Shown piece after piece: positions 20,285 through 29,532 of a stretch of 64,000 nt of DNA. How positions within the stretch are numbered: position 1 is the stretch's first letter; every line of letters starts with the position of its first letter. The translations under genes were made by a program, and so were the position numbers. Source of the DNA: a virus. Where the stretch lies: the IMG/VR virus record IMGVR_UViG_3300030104_005963. One strand, given 5' to 3'. Under the pieces are notes generated by a model. It saw nothing but the letters and a program-made list of their open reading frames with translations, was not told where the DNA came from and ran no database searches.

Positions 20285-22093
20285 ATGGCACTTCAAGATT
20301 CAGGACCACTTAGAATTACTCAGATATCTAATGAATTTGGCATAGGTGCAAAACGAAGTCTAGGAGATTATAGAGTTAGGCAAACTGTTGGTGATATGAC
20401 CCTATCACTTGATGAAGGTATTCCTATGAGAACTGAAGGGTCTGAACCTGATACCACTACCGAAATTAGATTTAGTCAATTTTATAATAAAAGATTAAAT
20501 GTAGTTGTTCTTTATGATGAGGACATCGTAGCAGATCCTAATAGTTCTAACGAAGATGAACGAATTAAAAGAGTTGATGGAGCTCATAATATATACAGTT
20601 CGAATAGAGAACTTAATAATGGTATTGTAAATACAATTAGTCCTGACCCATCCTTTACAGCTCCTGAAAACGGTTCAGGATCAAAAATTACGTTACATGT
20701 TACAAAAAAACTTGGTAGTAATAAAGATTCTAGAAAAAATTTTGACCCAGATAATACCGGTACACACCGTTCTGCTTTAAGAACTGGTAATCCTAGTTAT
20801 TGGAATAAATCTGATGTCACTCCAATAATGCATATAAACATTGGACCTAATGCTATTGTTTCTGGTGCAGGTGGTAATGGAGGAAAAGGTGGAAGAACAT
20901 TCGATGTTAATGACGGTAATGGTCAACCTGGTGAAGTTGGTTCAAGTGCTATTGGTATTGCATTTCCAGTTGAAAAAATAACAATTCAAGAAGGAGGAGT
21001 CGTTCAAGCCGGATGTGGAGGCGGTGGAGGAGGCGGTGCAGCTGCCGGGGAATTATCTGAAACTGATGAAAGAGTCGGTGGTGCCGGTGGTGGAGGTGGA
21101 GCAGGATTACCGGGAGGTATAGCAGGAAAAGCAGGTAGTGATGCAAACACTACTGATGGAACCTCGACTAATGAAGGATATAAGAATGTAGAACATCAAC
21201 CACAAGATGGTGGAAATGGATCTCAAACTAGTGGTGGAGGCGGTGGAAAAGGTGGTGCAAATAATGAACAAAATTCAGATAACACTCCCACGGCACAAAG
21301 TGGTGGAGGAGGTGGTGGAGGAGGTCAAACTGTTGGTGAAGGTGGTGGTTTTTTTAATTTAGGAGAATCTTCTAACGTCACCGGTTTTACTATACGATGG
21401 AGTGGAACATTTGTACAACCAGGTGACCCTCCCACAAGAGATCCGAATGGTAGTGAAGCAAGAAGTGGCACCGGTGCCGGACATTCGTTTGAATGGGCAC
21501 CAAATGCTTCTGCCAACACTGCTTTAAGAGATGCTACACTTGGTTGGGAGAGTACGAGTGATTCCCCAATTGTGCAAAATAATGTAGAAATGCTGAACCA
21601 CCCAAGTGGTTCAGGATCAAATTTTAAAGTTGATATTAAATATTCACCATATCAAAAAAATGAAGATGAGGGTACTAGTATTTTTCAAACTGCGATAGAA
21701 ATTACGAGAATTGCAAATCAAGGTAATGGGTATAGTGAAGGTGATGCCCTTACAACACAGTATTGGATTGACAATGCCTTATCACCTGATGGAGCAGAAG
21801 CCAATCGCAGAATTATTAATGTCTCTGAAGTTGAATCCGTAGCAATTTCAGGCAATGGTTCTGCCGGTAATGCATCTGTAAATTCATTCATTACTAATAT
21901 CAGTAACAATGATGGAAAAGGTGGAAATGGTGGAAATGGTGATGCAGAAGGATCGGGTCAAGATACAGGTAGTGGTGGTGCAGGTGGTCTTGGTGGTTAT
22001 GCAATAATTACTAAAGATGTTGATTTACCTGATATTATAGGAACAGGTATAATAGGGAGAATTGAAAAAGGTGATAGTGAAATTGTAATATAA
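20285..22093 (+). CDS. Gly-rich gp38-like receptor-binding adhesin, paralogue 1
   Basis: MALQDSGPL..QI..EFG N-terminus; GAGGNGGKGG...SSAIG...AGCGGGGGGG polyglycine runs as in T-even gp38. Confidence 0.65.
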   Translation: MALQDSGPLRITQISNEFGIGAKRSLGDYRVRQTVGDMTLSLDEGIPMRTEGSEPDTTTEIRFSQFYNKRLNVVVLYDEDIVADPNSSNEDERIKRVDGAHNIYSSNRELNNGIVNTISPDPSFTAPENGSGSKITLHVTKKLGSNKDSRKNFDPDNTGTHRSALRTGNPSYWNKSDVTPIMHINIGPNAIVSGAGGNGGKGGRTFDVNDGNGQPGEVGSSAIGIAFPVEKITIQEGGVVQAGCGGGGGGGAAAGELSETDERVGGAGGGGGAGLPGGIAGKAGSDANTTDGTSTNEGYKNVEHQPQDGGNGSQTSGGGGGKGGANNEQNSDNTPTAQSGGGGGGGGQTVGEGGGFFNLGESSNVTGFTIRWSGTFVQPGDPPTRDPNGSEARSGTGAGHSFEWAPNASANTALRDATLGWESTSDSPIVQNNVEMLNHPSGSGSNFKVDIKYSPYQKNEDEGTSIFQTAIEITRIANQGNGYSEGDALTTQYWIDNALSPDGAEANRRIINVSEVESVAISGNGSAGNASVNSFITNISNNDGKGGNGGNGDAEGSGQDTGSGGAGGLGGYAIITKDVDLPDIIGTGIIGRIEKGDSEIVI

Positions 22094-23331
22094 TGGCACT
22101 TCAATCATCAGGACCGATTAGTTTTCTAAATCTTATTGCTGAGTTTGGTAATCCTGGAGGAGGAAGTCACGATTTAGGTGCATATAGAGTATCACAAACA
22201 GTTGGTGAAATGAATAATTTGCCTCTTGATGAGGGAATTCCTCAAGGTAATAGTCAAATAAGTTTTGAAGATTTTTATGGTAAAAGATTAAATGTAATTG
22301 TTCACTATTCTGGTACTCAAGAACGTCCTGGTGGTGCAAGAGCAAAATATAATGGCAACAATGCCTCTGACGTACCTGTAATTGTTATTGGTGGAGGTAG
22401 AAATAGACCTGCAAATAGTTCAGGAAAGGACGTAACCATACATGTTTCAGGCACACTTCATGGAAGTGAATCACATAGTCAACTCGATTGCACATTAAAA
22501 ACTGGTGGTGGTTGGAACTCTGGAACAATATTAAACGTTAATGTTGGTGAAGAAGGAAAAATTTTTGGTGCCGGTGGTGATGGAGGAAAAGGTGGAAGAC
22601 CGGAAAGTGAAGAAGGTGATGGCCTCGATGGTGAAGATGGGTCTAGCGCACTAGGTCTCGGATATAATATCACTGAACTAAGAGTGCAAACTGGAGGAAT
22701 AATCTCTGCCGGAGGTGGAGGAGGAGGAGGTGGCGGTGGTGCCAGAGGTGAAGGGGGTGAATCTGACGAAAGAGTTGGTGGTGCCGGTGGTGGAGGTGGT
22801 GTAGGAATACCGCACGGTGTAGGTGGTTTTGGAGGTACTAATCCGGCCGATGCGTTAGGATCAGTTTATATTGCGGCATCAGAAGCAGAAGAAGCATATG
22901 GTAATGTAGAATATCAACCAGGAAATGGTGGAAATGGATCTGAAACTGATGGTGGAAATGGTGGTCACGGAGGTGCAAATAATGAACAAGATGATGATGA
23001 TTTTAGTAATGATGAAGAATCTTCGGCCCAAAGTGGTGGTGGTGGTGGAGGAGGAGCACCTCAATCTAACAATGAAGGTGGAGAAGGTGGTGGAGATTAT
23101 ACATCTTACGGACCAGGTAGTGGAAGAACAGCTGCTCAAGATGGAAGCACTGAAAAAGGTGGAGATGGGGGTCAGGCTGATGCAGAAGGAGGTGAACAAA
23201 TAGAGGGATCAGGTGGAGAAGGTGGTGAAAATGGTTATGCAATAATTACAAATTCTGGTGTATCTATTTCTAATACTGTCGGTAGTAGTAGAATTAAAGG
23301 TCGTACTTTGCCAAATACAAACTTTACTTAA
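22093..23331 (+). CDS. Gly-rich gp38-like receptor-binding adhesin, paralogue 2
   Basis: MALQSSGPISF..LIAEFG; shares DERVGGAGGGGG and NVEYQP..GGNGS..GGANNEQ motifs with paralogue 1. Confidence 0.65.
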   Translation: MALQSSGPISFLNLIAEFGNPGGGSHDLGAYRVSQTVGEMNNLPLDEGIPQGNSQISFEDFYGKRLNVIVHYSGTQERPGGARAKYNGNNASDVPVIVIGGGRNRPANSSGKDVTIHVSGTLHGSESHSQLDCTLKTGGGWNSGTILNVNVGEEGKIFGAGGDGGKGGRPESEEGDGLDGEDGSSALGLGYNITELRVQTGGIISAGGGGGGGGGGARGEGGESDERVGGAGGGGGVGIPHGVGGFGGTNPADALGSVYIAASEAEEAYGNVEYQPGNGGNGSETDGGNGGHGGANNEQDDDDFSNDEESSAQSGGGGGGGAPQSNNEGGEGGGDYTSYGPGSGRTAAQDGSTEKGGDGGQADAEGGEQIEGSGGEGGENGYAIITNSGVSISNTVGSSRIKGRTLPNTNFT

Positions 23332-23364
23332 ATAGAACATAATAAAATATAATAATTAAATATT

Positions 23365-24018
23365 ATGCAAAATACTGAAAAATTATCGGTAACTTTATTT
23401 AATGATCCCTTCCCACATATGATATGCGATGATTTTTATAATCCCGAAGAACTAAAACTTATATGGGAAGAACTTAATTTTTATACAAAACCAGGAAAAT
23501 TATTAGAGGCAAAAGATTATGGTGGTGTTGTCGGATATACGAATGCAAAAGCTTTAATGCTAGACTCTATCTATAGAGATTATGGTAAAAGTAATGGTAT
23601 AAATTATAGAAATCTATCAAATATATTAACGGTTAATAGAAAATTATTTACGAGTGGTGTCTTAGATGCATTTGCAGGTGTACATGATTGTTGTTGTATT
23701 GCAAATCAATCAAATAATGATACTACAAAAATAAGATATTATCATGATGGTGAAGGATATGATCCACATACCGATAAAGGATTTCAGTTTTTAGGATTTT
23801 CATATTTTTATAAAGAACCTAAAAAATTTACAGGTGGTCAGTTATATTTTCCAAAATATGATTATGAAGTTCCTTGTGATAATAATTCAATGATTGTTTT
23901 TCCTGGATGGGTAGAACATGGGGTAAAAGAAGTAAAGATAGAAGACTCTGATTATTTTGATGGTTGTGGAAGATATGCCATAACATCATTCTTCGGATTT
24001 AAACCAAGAGAAGTTTGA
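23365..24018 (+). CDS. 2OG-Fe(II) oxygenase (prolyl-4-hydroxylase-like)
   Basis: HxD (PHTD), GGQLYFP, distal His (WVEHGV), 2OG-binding Arg (GRYAIT). Confidence 0.9.
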   Translation: MQNTEKLSVTLFNDPFPHMICDDFYNPEELKLIWEELNFYTKPGKLLEAKDYGGVVGYTNAKALMLDSIYRDYGKSNGINYRNLSNILTVNRKLFTSGVLDAFAGVHDCCCIANQSNNDTTKIRYYHDGEGYDPHTDKGFQFLGFSYFYKEPKKFTGGQLYFPKYDYEVPCDNNSMIVFPGWVEHGVKEVKIEDSDYFDGCGRYAITSFFGFKPREV

Positions 24019-24043
24019 CAAAATATCAAATTACGAGTAGAAT
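24015..24043 (+). promoter_or_regulatory. Sigma70-type promoter TTGACA-17-TAGAAT
   Basis: ttgaca 24015-24020, tagaat 24038-24043. Confidence 0.75.
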
Positions 24044-24061
24044 ATCTTTGCTAAGGTTGAT

Positions 24062-24118
24062 GGGACACTTTAAGAACTGTCTACTAACTTTAGATACCGG
24101 TGCATTATGCCCTATAAT
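24062..24118 (+). promoter_or_regulatory. Early promoter copy 1 (palindrome + -10)
   Basis: GGGACACT-N6-ACTGTCTA 24062-24083; TATAAT 24113. Confidence 0.85.
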
Positions 24119-24144
24119 ACAGAGGTAATCAAGGGAGAACCCTC

Positions 24145-24285
24145 ATGGTCTGTGAAGTCAAACTCTATGTTGCTGGTGAAACTTTCTACGAGACTGTTCG
24201 TGCGGCAAATTATGATGATGCTAAAAAAGTAGCACTAGCAAGAAATCCTAATGCAAGAGTTATCAGTGTAAATGCCAAATTCTAA
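24145..24285 (+). CDS. Small hypothetical early protein (MVCEVKLYVAGETF...)
   Basis: 46 aa, ATG directly after the conserved leader; too short for the ORF track. Confidence 0.75.
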   Translation: MVCEVKLYVAGETFYETVRAANYDDAKKVALARNPNARVISVNAKF

Positions 24286-24523
24286 TAAGTTTTTAAAACC
24301 ACATATTCCACGACCAGGATTGCTTGAACCAAAACCAGGTAATCCTTTGGGATATGTGACAAAAGATGGTAAATGGGCTGCAGTTCCATTAGGTAATAGT
24401 AAAAAATTTATTATTATACATAATGGAAGTGTGGTTCATCAGACGCGCACTTATGATTCAGCACTGAACTTTATTAAAAAAGGTATCAAAAATGAAGGAT
24501 CAAAACGGAATCGAAGACAATGA
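24272..24523 (+). CDS. Hypothetical protein
   Basis: 83-aa ORF in an overlapping gene chain. Confidence 0.65.
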   Translation: MPNSNKFLKPHIPRPGLLEPKPGNPLGYVTKDGKWAAVPLGNSKKFIIIHNGSVVHQTRTYDSALNFIKKGIKNEGSKRNRRQ

Positions 24524-24710
24524 ATCTAGTGACATTAAATGGAATCGAGGACTGGATATTTTTATTGAGTCCGTTTATAAACCTGATTCTTCATTAAGAC
24601 AATGTGCTCACAATCAAAAATGTTATCATGAACTCATGTGGGTTCGTGAAAACGTGTTAAACTATCTTAAAACACTTAGAAAAGAAAATGCATATTCCAC
24701 GTATTCATGA
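24492..24710 (+). CDS. Hypothetical protein
   Basis: 72-aa ORF in an overlapping chain. Confidence 0.65.
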   Translation: MKDQNGIEDNESSDIKWNRGLDIFIESVYKPDSSLRQCAHNQKCYHELMWVRENVLNYLKTLRKENAYSTYS

Positions 24711-24912
24711 CGGAGATAAAGTAACCTATATTGGTTGCTGTAAAGAACAACTTAACTGGGGTAATAATGATAATCCCGATGATGTATTAGAACGAGGAAA
24801 AGAATATACAGTAAAAATGACTGAAATGCACACCTCACATACAAAGTTAATTATTGAAGGTTATGATGGTAAATTTAATTCTGTTTGTTTCTTGAAAGGA
24901 GAAGACCAATGA
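24688..24912 (+). CDS. Hypothetical protein
   Basis: 74-aa ORF in an overlapping chain. Confidence 0.65.
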   Translation: MHIPRIHDGDKVTYIGCCKEQLNWGNNDNPDDVLERGKEYTVKMTEMHTSHTKLIIEGYDGKFNSVCFLKGEDQ

Positions 24913-25127
24913 GTCAATTTGATCCGGCAGAAATAGTGTTACAAAGCACTGCCAAAATGTTTGAATATGAAAAGTTATCACGTCAAATTGAAGAATGTGA
25001 TGATATTGATACACTTAGAGACATGGCAAGGTGCTGGATTAAATTGTATATGAAACAGCAAGAAACCATGAGAACTATTGGACTTGAAAAACAACCACTT
25101 CCTAAAAGAAAGGATGATGAAGGTTAA
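24909..25127 (+). CDS. Small helical protein, possibly NblA-like
   Basis: IVLQSTAKMFEYEKLSRQIEEC...LRDMARCWIKLYMKQQET has an NblA-like helix-loop-helix residue pattern; ATGA overlap with the upstream gene. Confidence 0.4.
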   Translation: MSQFDPAEIVLQSTAKMFEYEKLSRQIEECDDIDTLRDMARCWIKLYMKQQETMRTIGLEKQPLPKRKDDEG

Positions 25128-25129
25128 TT

Positions 25130-25306
25130 ATGTACGAGGAATTAGATTGTTTTGAAAGAGCACTACAACATTTTGGTACGAGAGTAGAGATTATAACTGC
25201 CTTAGAAATGGGTAAAAAAATGAAACCTGAAGAAGCATATCAGATGATTAAAGAAGAGATTAAAGAACTAAAAAAGTGTCGTAAAAAGTTTAAAAAAGAT
25301 GCCTGA
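25130..25306 (+). CDS. Small helical protein resembling an uncharacterised cyanobacterial family
   Basis: MYEELDCFERALQHFGTRVEIITALEMGKK..PEEAYQMIKEEIKELKK, 58 aa. Confidence 0.65.
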   Translation: MYEELDCFERALQHFGTRVEIITALEMGKKMKPEEAYQMIKEEIKELKKCRKKFKKDA

Positions 25307-25460
25307 TGATTCTCTCAAAATTCATGAAAACGATGATGGTTCATTTAGTATGGAATGGGATCGAGAAGACCAGAAATGGAACTGGTTGAATGACTTGACA
25401 AGTGCCGAGATCGAGACTATGCTACAGGAAGCAATCAAAAACTATGGAGGAACTCAATGA
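25299..25460 (+). CDS. Hypothetical protein
   Basis: 53 aa, overlaps neighbours at both ends. Confidence 0.65.
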   Translation: MPDDSLKIHENDDGSFSMEWDREDQKWNWLNDLTSAEIETMLQEAIKNYGGTQ

Positions 25461-25771
25461 ACATGGATAAAATTGACTATAAAAATTATTCTCTTGAAAA
25501 ATTGAGTGAATTTATTTCAGACGCACTTCAAAGTGAGGCAACACCCACAGAAATTTACAGCACTATCACCACAACCCTAAAAAAAGAAGTTGAATATCAT
25601 GATGTTTGTAGAAGACAGGCACAGGATATTTTAGATCTGATGCAAGATAAAGGTGATAGTAATCTTGACTTAAATCAAGATTATGGACAAAGTTTTATCT
25701 CGGCGGCATTTAATGATACAATTTCATTAGAAAATGACGATAAAACTATCAAATTTCCTGCTCGATACTAA
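25457..25771 (+). CDS. Hypothetical protein
   Basis: 104-aa ORF with ATGA overlap. Confidence 0.65.
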   Translation: MNMDKIDYKNYSLEKLSEFISDALQSEATPTEIYSTITTTLKKEVEYHDVCRRQAQDILDLMQDKGDSNLDLNQDYGQSFISAAFNDTISLENDDKTIKFPARY

Positions 25772-25800
25772 TAAATATTACAACAAAAAAGTAAACTACA

Positions 25801-26028
25801 ATGGAAAGCGTAGAAAAGCATATTGAGGTTGATAAAAAGATCCTTGAAGATCCCACAACTTCACCACAACAACGTCGGCATATTGAAGGAGAACTTCATG
25901 AACTTGAAGTTTATGTAACTAATCACAAGAAAGAAATTGCGGATGGTGATCATCATGACCCCACTGCACTTGAACTATTTTGTGAAGTTATGCCAGAAGC
26001 AGATGAGTGTCGTATCTATGATGACTGA
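25801..26028 (+). CDS. cp12: CP12 Calvin-cycle inhibitor
   Basis: C-terminal LELFCEVMPEADECRIYDD (C-x8-C plus YDD end) is diagnostic of CP12; AATAAATA at 25770. Confidence 0.9.
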   Translation: MESVEKHIEVDKKILEDPTTSPQQRRHIEGELHELEVYVTNHKKEIADGDHHDPTALELFCEVMPEADECRIYDD

Positions 26029-26313
26029 ATGAATCTTCCAACATCATTCCCTCATGAACCTCCTACAGGTTATCATTACGAGGTTGAACAATTCAGACCT
26101 AATGTGGTTTCTATCTGGTTACGTCATCCCGATCATTTCAATTATACTAATGATCCTGTACGCACTATATGGGGTTTCTTTAATACAAAGAAAGGACTGT
26201 ATTATTCACCCATCAATCATAAAAAAGTCGGAGAAGAAGTTAATATCACTGATACCAGAAATTACACTTCAATGCAAATAAAATATCAAGGACTGGAAGG
26301 TTTCTTTGTGTGA
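26029..26313 (+). CDS. Hypothetical protein
   Basis: 94-aa ORF immediately after cp12. Confidence 0.7.
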   Translation: MNLPTSFPHEPPTGYHYEVEQFRPNVVSIWLRHPDHFNYTNDPVRTIWGFFNTKKGLYYSPINHKKVGEEVNITDTRNYTSMQIKYQGLEGFFV

Positions 26314-26367
26314 CGGTTATCGCACTGTCTACCACCTCTTGACGGGGTGGTTTTTTTATGCCATAAT
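26310..26367 (+). promoter_or_regulatory. Early promoter copy 2
   Basis: GTGACGGT-N6-ACTGTCTA; TTGACG-17-CATAAT; ACCACC/GGTGGT inverted repeat flanking the -35. Confidence 0.85.
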
Positions 26368-26390
26368 ATATTCATATTCATCAGGCATCT

Positions 26391-27581
26391 GTGACCATCA
26401 CTCTCCGTCCGCATCAGCAACGTGGTATTGATCGTATGAGTGAGTATAACAAAGGTCAACTTATCTTTCCTACTGGAGCAGGCAAAACTCTCACGGCTAT
26501 CATGGATGCCAAGAGAGTATTTGAGACTGCAACATCTCACAAAACCATTGTGATTGTTGCTCCTCGTATTCTGCTTGCAGAGCAACTTTGCAGTGAGTTT
26601 CTGGAAGTTATTCAACGCAATGATGTGCATGTGATGCACGTTCATAGTGGTGAAACTTCTTTCTTTGGCACCACTAAGGTTGAGAAGATTCGGATGCACG
26701 ATTCTATTTGCAAGACTGCCGGTGAGCATCAACTTATCTTCACTACTTACAACTCTTTGGGTCGTATCGTAGATGCAGATGTTGAGGTCGATACAATCTA
26801 CTTTGATGAGGCACATAACAGTGTCAAACGCAACTTTTTCCCTGCCACCGAGCACTACAGTCAGGAAGCTAATCGTTGCTATTTCTTCACTGCCACTCGT
26901 AAGACTTCGGTCACTATTATGAAACCTGGCATGAATGATCATGCTGTTTATGGTGATGTGATCTGTCGTGTTTCTGCACCTGAACTGGTGGAGGGTGGAT
27001 ATATTCTTCCTCCTAAAGTAAAGGTGATTGATATGGAAAAGGTTGACCGTCATTCTATCACTCCTAATCTTGAGAGTGGTAATATTCTCACCACGATTGA
27101 TGACATCAACATCAAAAAGATTTTGGTCTGTGCAAAAACCACAAAACAACTGACTAACATTTTCCTGACTGATTTTGCCTATCAGTTGGAGAAACGTGGT
27201 TATTCTTATTTGTATATTACTGCCAAAACTGGTGCTGTTATCGATGGTAAGAAAGTATCCCGTGAGAAGTTCTTTGAGACTCTGAACGCTTGGGGTAAAG
27301 ATTCTGACAAAAAGTTTGTGGTTCTTCATCGTTCGATCCTATCCGAAGGTATCAACGTCAGTCAACTGGAAGCTGTTATTTTCATGCGTAACATGGATGT
27401 AATTGAAATGACTCAAACTGTGGGTCGTGTGCTTCGTAAAGGGGGTTCAGATAAGACTTATGGGTTCTGTGTCGTTCCCGTATATTCCAAGGTTGGTGTG
27501 AGCACTCAGAGGGGATTGCAGACGGTAATTGATACCGTTTTTGAGAAGGGTGAGATGCTTGATTCTGTCGTTCGTCGTTAA
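26391..27581 (+). CDS. SF2 (DEAH, Res/Type ISP-like) helicase A
   Basis: LRPHQ, PTGAGKT, FDEAH, FTAT, LSEGINV, QTVGRVLR; GTG start. Confidence 0.9.
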   Translation: MTITLRPHQQRGIDRMSEYNKGQLIFPTGAGKTLTAIMDAKRVFETATSHKTIVIVAPRILLAEQLCSEFLEVIQRNDVHVMHVHSGETSFFGTTKVEKIRMHDSICKTAGEHQLIFTTYNSLGRIVDADVEVDTIYFDEAHNSVKRNFFPATEHYSQEANRCYFFTATRKTSVTIMKPGMNDHAVYGDVICRVSAPELVEGGYILPPKVKVIDMEKVDRHSITPNLESGNILTTIDDINIKKILVCAKTTKQLTNIFLTDFAYQLEKRGYSYLYITAKTGAVIDGKKVSREKFFETLNAWGKDSDKKFVVLHRSILSEGINVSQLEAVIFMRNMDVIEMTQTVGRVLRKGGSDKTYGFCVVPVYSKVGVSTQRGLQTVIDTVFEKGEMLDSVVRR

Positions 27582-27582
27582 T

Positions 27583-27639
27583 GGACCAGTCTATGAACTG
27601 TCCACCAACCGTTGAAAGGGCACCAGGATGCCCTATAAT
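27583..27639 (+). promoter_or_regulatory. Early promoter copy 3
   Basis: GGACCAGT-N6-ACTGTCCA; TATAAT 27634; 31 bp identical to copy 1. Confidence 0.85.
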
Positions 27640-27662
27640 ACAGAGGTAATCAAGGGAGGGAC

Positions 27663-27857
27663 ATGCGGACCACCACTGCCACATACAACATTCGTGTTGA
27701 AACTTGTGACTTCAAAGTGATAGAGTTCCAACGCACATTGCCCACCAAACCAACAACACAGAAAGGTATTAAAGCACAGAATAACAAACTAGAACAATGG
27801 GTAATGAAAGAGTTACCCTACTGGACTAAAATTGACATCACACCCCTGTTTTCTTGA
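27663..27857 (+). CDS. Hypothetical early protein
   Basis: 64 aa, GGAGG RBS. Confidence 0.7.
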   Translation: MRTTTATYNIRVETCDFKVIEFQRTLPTKPTTQKGIKAQNNKLEQWVMKELPYWTKIDITPLFS

Positions 27858-27862
27858 AACTA

Positions 27863-28030
27863 ATGATTACTTCAAAAGCACAAATGATCAGAGTAATGTC
27901 ACAATGTCAGGATGCTGATACTCTTACCCGTGAACAAAAGTTTCAAGTATTTGTTAGGGTATGCGACAATCTGCTTGAGGAAGGTAAAATTAGCAAAGTA
28001 AATCACAAACGTTGGACTGAAATCTGGTAA
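27863..28030 (+). CDS. Hypothetical early protein
   Basis: 55 aa (MITSKAQMIRVM...), not in the ORF track. Confidence 0.65.
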   Translation: MITSKAQMIRVMSQCQDADTLTREQKFQVFVRVCDNLLEEGKISKVNHKRWTEIW

Positions 28031-28071
28031 ATCACTAAAGTTCATTCTTCAACCCTTTTTCTTTCTTCATC

Positions 28072-28503
28072 ATGGCAACCCGAGCACGAATTGGTCTTCA
28101 AGTTGGAAACTCCATCGTTTCTGTTTATCATCACTGGGATGGTTATCCTCAGTGGTTGGGTCGTATTTTGAACACACATTACACCACAAAGAGTCAAGTT
28201 ATTGACCTAATTGATGGTGGTGATATGTCTACTTGTTGGACAAAAGAACGTTGGACTGATAAGGAACTTGCTCCTTATGTAAAAGAAATTAAAGAATCTG
28301 AAGAATATGGTCCACAATACTATGCACAACGTGGTGAAGATTGCCCTCCTCGTTTAGATGAATCTATCACCGAGTTCATCAATAACAATGAAGAATATGG
28401 ATATATTTTCAAAGATGGTGAATGGTTCTGTTATGATACTAAGTCCTGGAGTGATACTTTTGCCCAGATTATAGATATTCCAGAAGGAGCTTTAGCAGTA
28501 TGA
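28072..28503 (+). CDS. Hypothetical protein (MATRARIG...YHHWDGYP)
   Basis: 143-aa ORF. Confidence 0.75.
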   Translation: MATRARIGLQVGNSIVSVYHHWDGYPQWLGRILNTHYTTKSQVIDLIDGGDMSTCWTKERWTDKELAPYVKEIKESEEYGPQYYAQRGEDCPPRLDESITEFINNNEEYGYIFKDGEWFCYDTKSWSDTFAQIIDIPEGALAV

Positions 28504-28685
28504 ATGACTTAGAAAAACTTTCTCATGATGAAAAAGAGGCACTGGCAGAAGATTGTGAGGACTTTCTTCTGCACCGACATATTCCGTTACACTCACATAG
28601 CTATGATAACATCATCCTTCAGGCAATTAGGGAGGGTTATCAAATAGATAAGTTTGATCGTTTCATTAACAAACCAGCAGCATAA
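28500..28685 (+). CDS. Hypothetical protein
   Basis: 61 aa, ATGA overlap. Confidence 0.65.
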   Translation: MNDLEKLSHDEKEALAEDCEDFLLHRHIPLHSHSYDNIILQAIREGYQIDKFDRFINKPAA

Positions 28686-28789
28686 ACTGTATGTCCTATG
28701 GTCATTCATCCTGCTACAATTAACTTTTGTTGTTTTATTTTGATGACATTCATCATACTGAATGAACTTGGTAAAACACCACCACCAAC

Positions 28790-28847
28790 GTGACACTACA
28801 ATAAGTGTCACACCGCATCCTGAAACCCCACCAGGATGCCCTATAAT
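28790..28847 (+). promoter_or_regulatory. Early promoter copy 4 (perfect palindrome)
   Basis: GTGACACT-ACAATA-AGTGTCAC; TATAAT 28842. Confidence 0.9.
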
Positions 28848-28872
28848 ACATTTGTAATCAAGGGACGACCCC

Positions 28873-29325
28873 ATGACAACCACTTTCACAGACTACGTTG
28901 CTCAGCAGGATGCCCGGAATACTTTGCAACTTAAAGTGCGTGAGTATTGCCTGATGTTATGTGAGGCACTGGAGCAGGATTTTGTCAAAGATTCTCTCCG
29001 TCGTGCTGACTTTTTCCTGAGAACTGATCCTGAGTATCGTCAACAACGTATTGAAGATATTAAAGCAGGTAAAGATATGTACAAGTTCTACATTGAGACT
29101 GGTCGTAAATATTATAAAATAATCATGGAAACTGGTAATGGTTCACGTAGTGTTCATGCTTTCGTAAACATCAAGACTGGTGAATTACACAAGGCAGCAT
29201 CATTCAAGGCACCGGTAAAAGAACCACGTTTCGATATGCGTGTCATCAAAGAACGTGAATGGGTATTTGAAAACTGTGATTGGGCAGGTAGTTATCTCTA
29301 TAAGAACGCATACTATAATGGTTGA
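28873..29325 (+). CDS. Hypothetical early protein
   Basis: 150-aa ORF after promoter copy 4. Confidence 0.75.
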   Translation: MTTTFTDYVAQQDARNTLQLKVREYCLMLCEALEQDFVKDSLRRADFFLRTDPEYRQQRIEDIKAGKDMYKFYIETGRKYYKIIMETGNGSRSVHAFVNIKTGELHKAASFKAPVKEPRFDMRVIKEREWVFENCDWAGSYLYKNAYYNG

Positions 29326-29532
29326 GATATGATTGTAAATCTTACAAAAAATGAGATAAAGCATCTTGTCTACCTTCTAGGTAGGGGAGATGCTGATTAT
29401 CCTGAACTGAATGGTAATCTATTGAAAAAACTAGAACCATTGACTGACATCTGCACATGTAAAGAAAAGGAGAATTAACTCAAAAACATTCAAATTAGTG
29501 TTATAATTAGTTCAGTCAATTCAGAGGTTACT

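Noticed and set aside
1052-23203. Numerous minus-strand and alternate-frame ORFs over the fibre genes (e.g. 16613-17302, 14596-14988)
   Set aside because: Shadow ORFs of Gly/Thr/Val-rich sense codons; no RBS, promoter or recognisable motif.
20285-23331. Diversity-generating retroelement acting on the adhesins
   Set aside because: No reverse transcriptase motif in the window and no template/variable repeat pair differing only at adenines was seen.
26286-27329. 347-aa antisense ORF over helicase A (also 31044-31661 and 34452-35216)
   Set aside because: Antisense to well-supported genes; explained by scarcity of TTA/CTA/TCA codons in the sense frame; no motifs.
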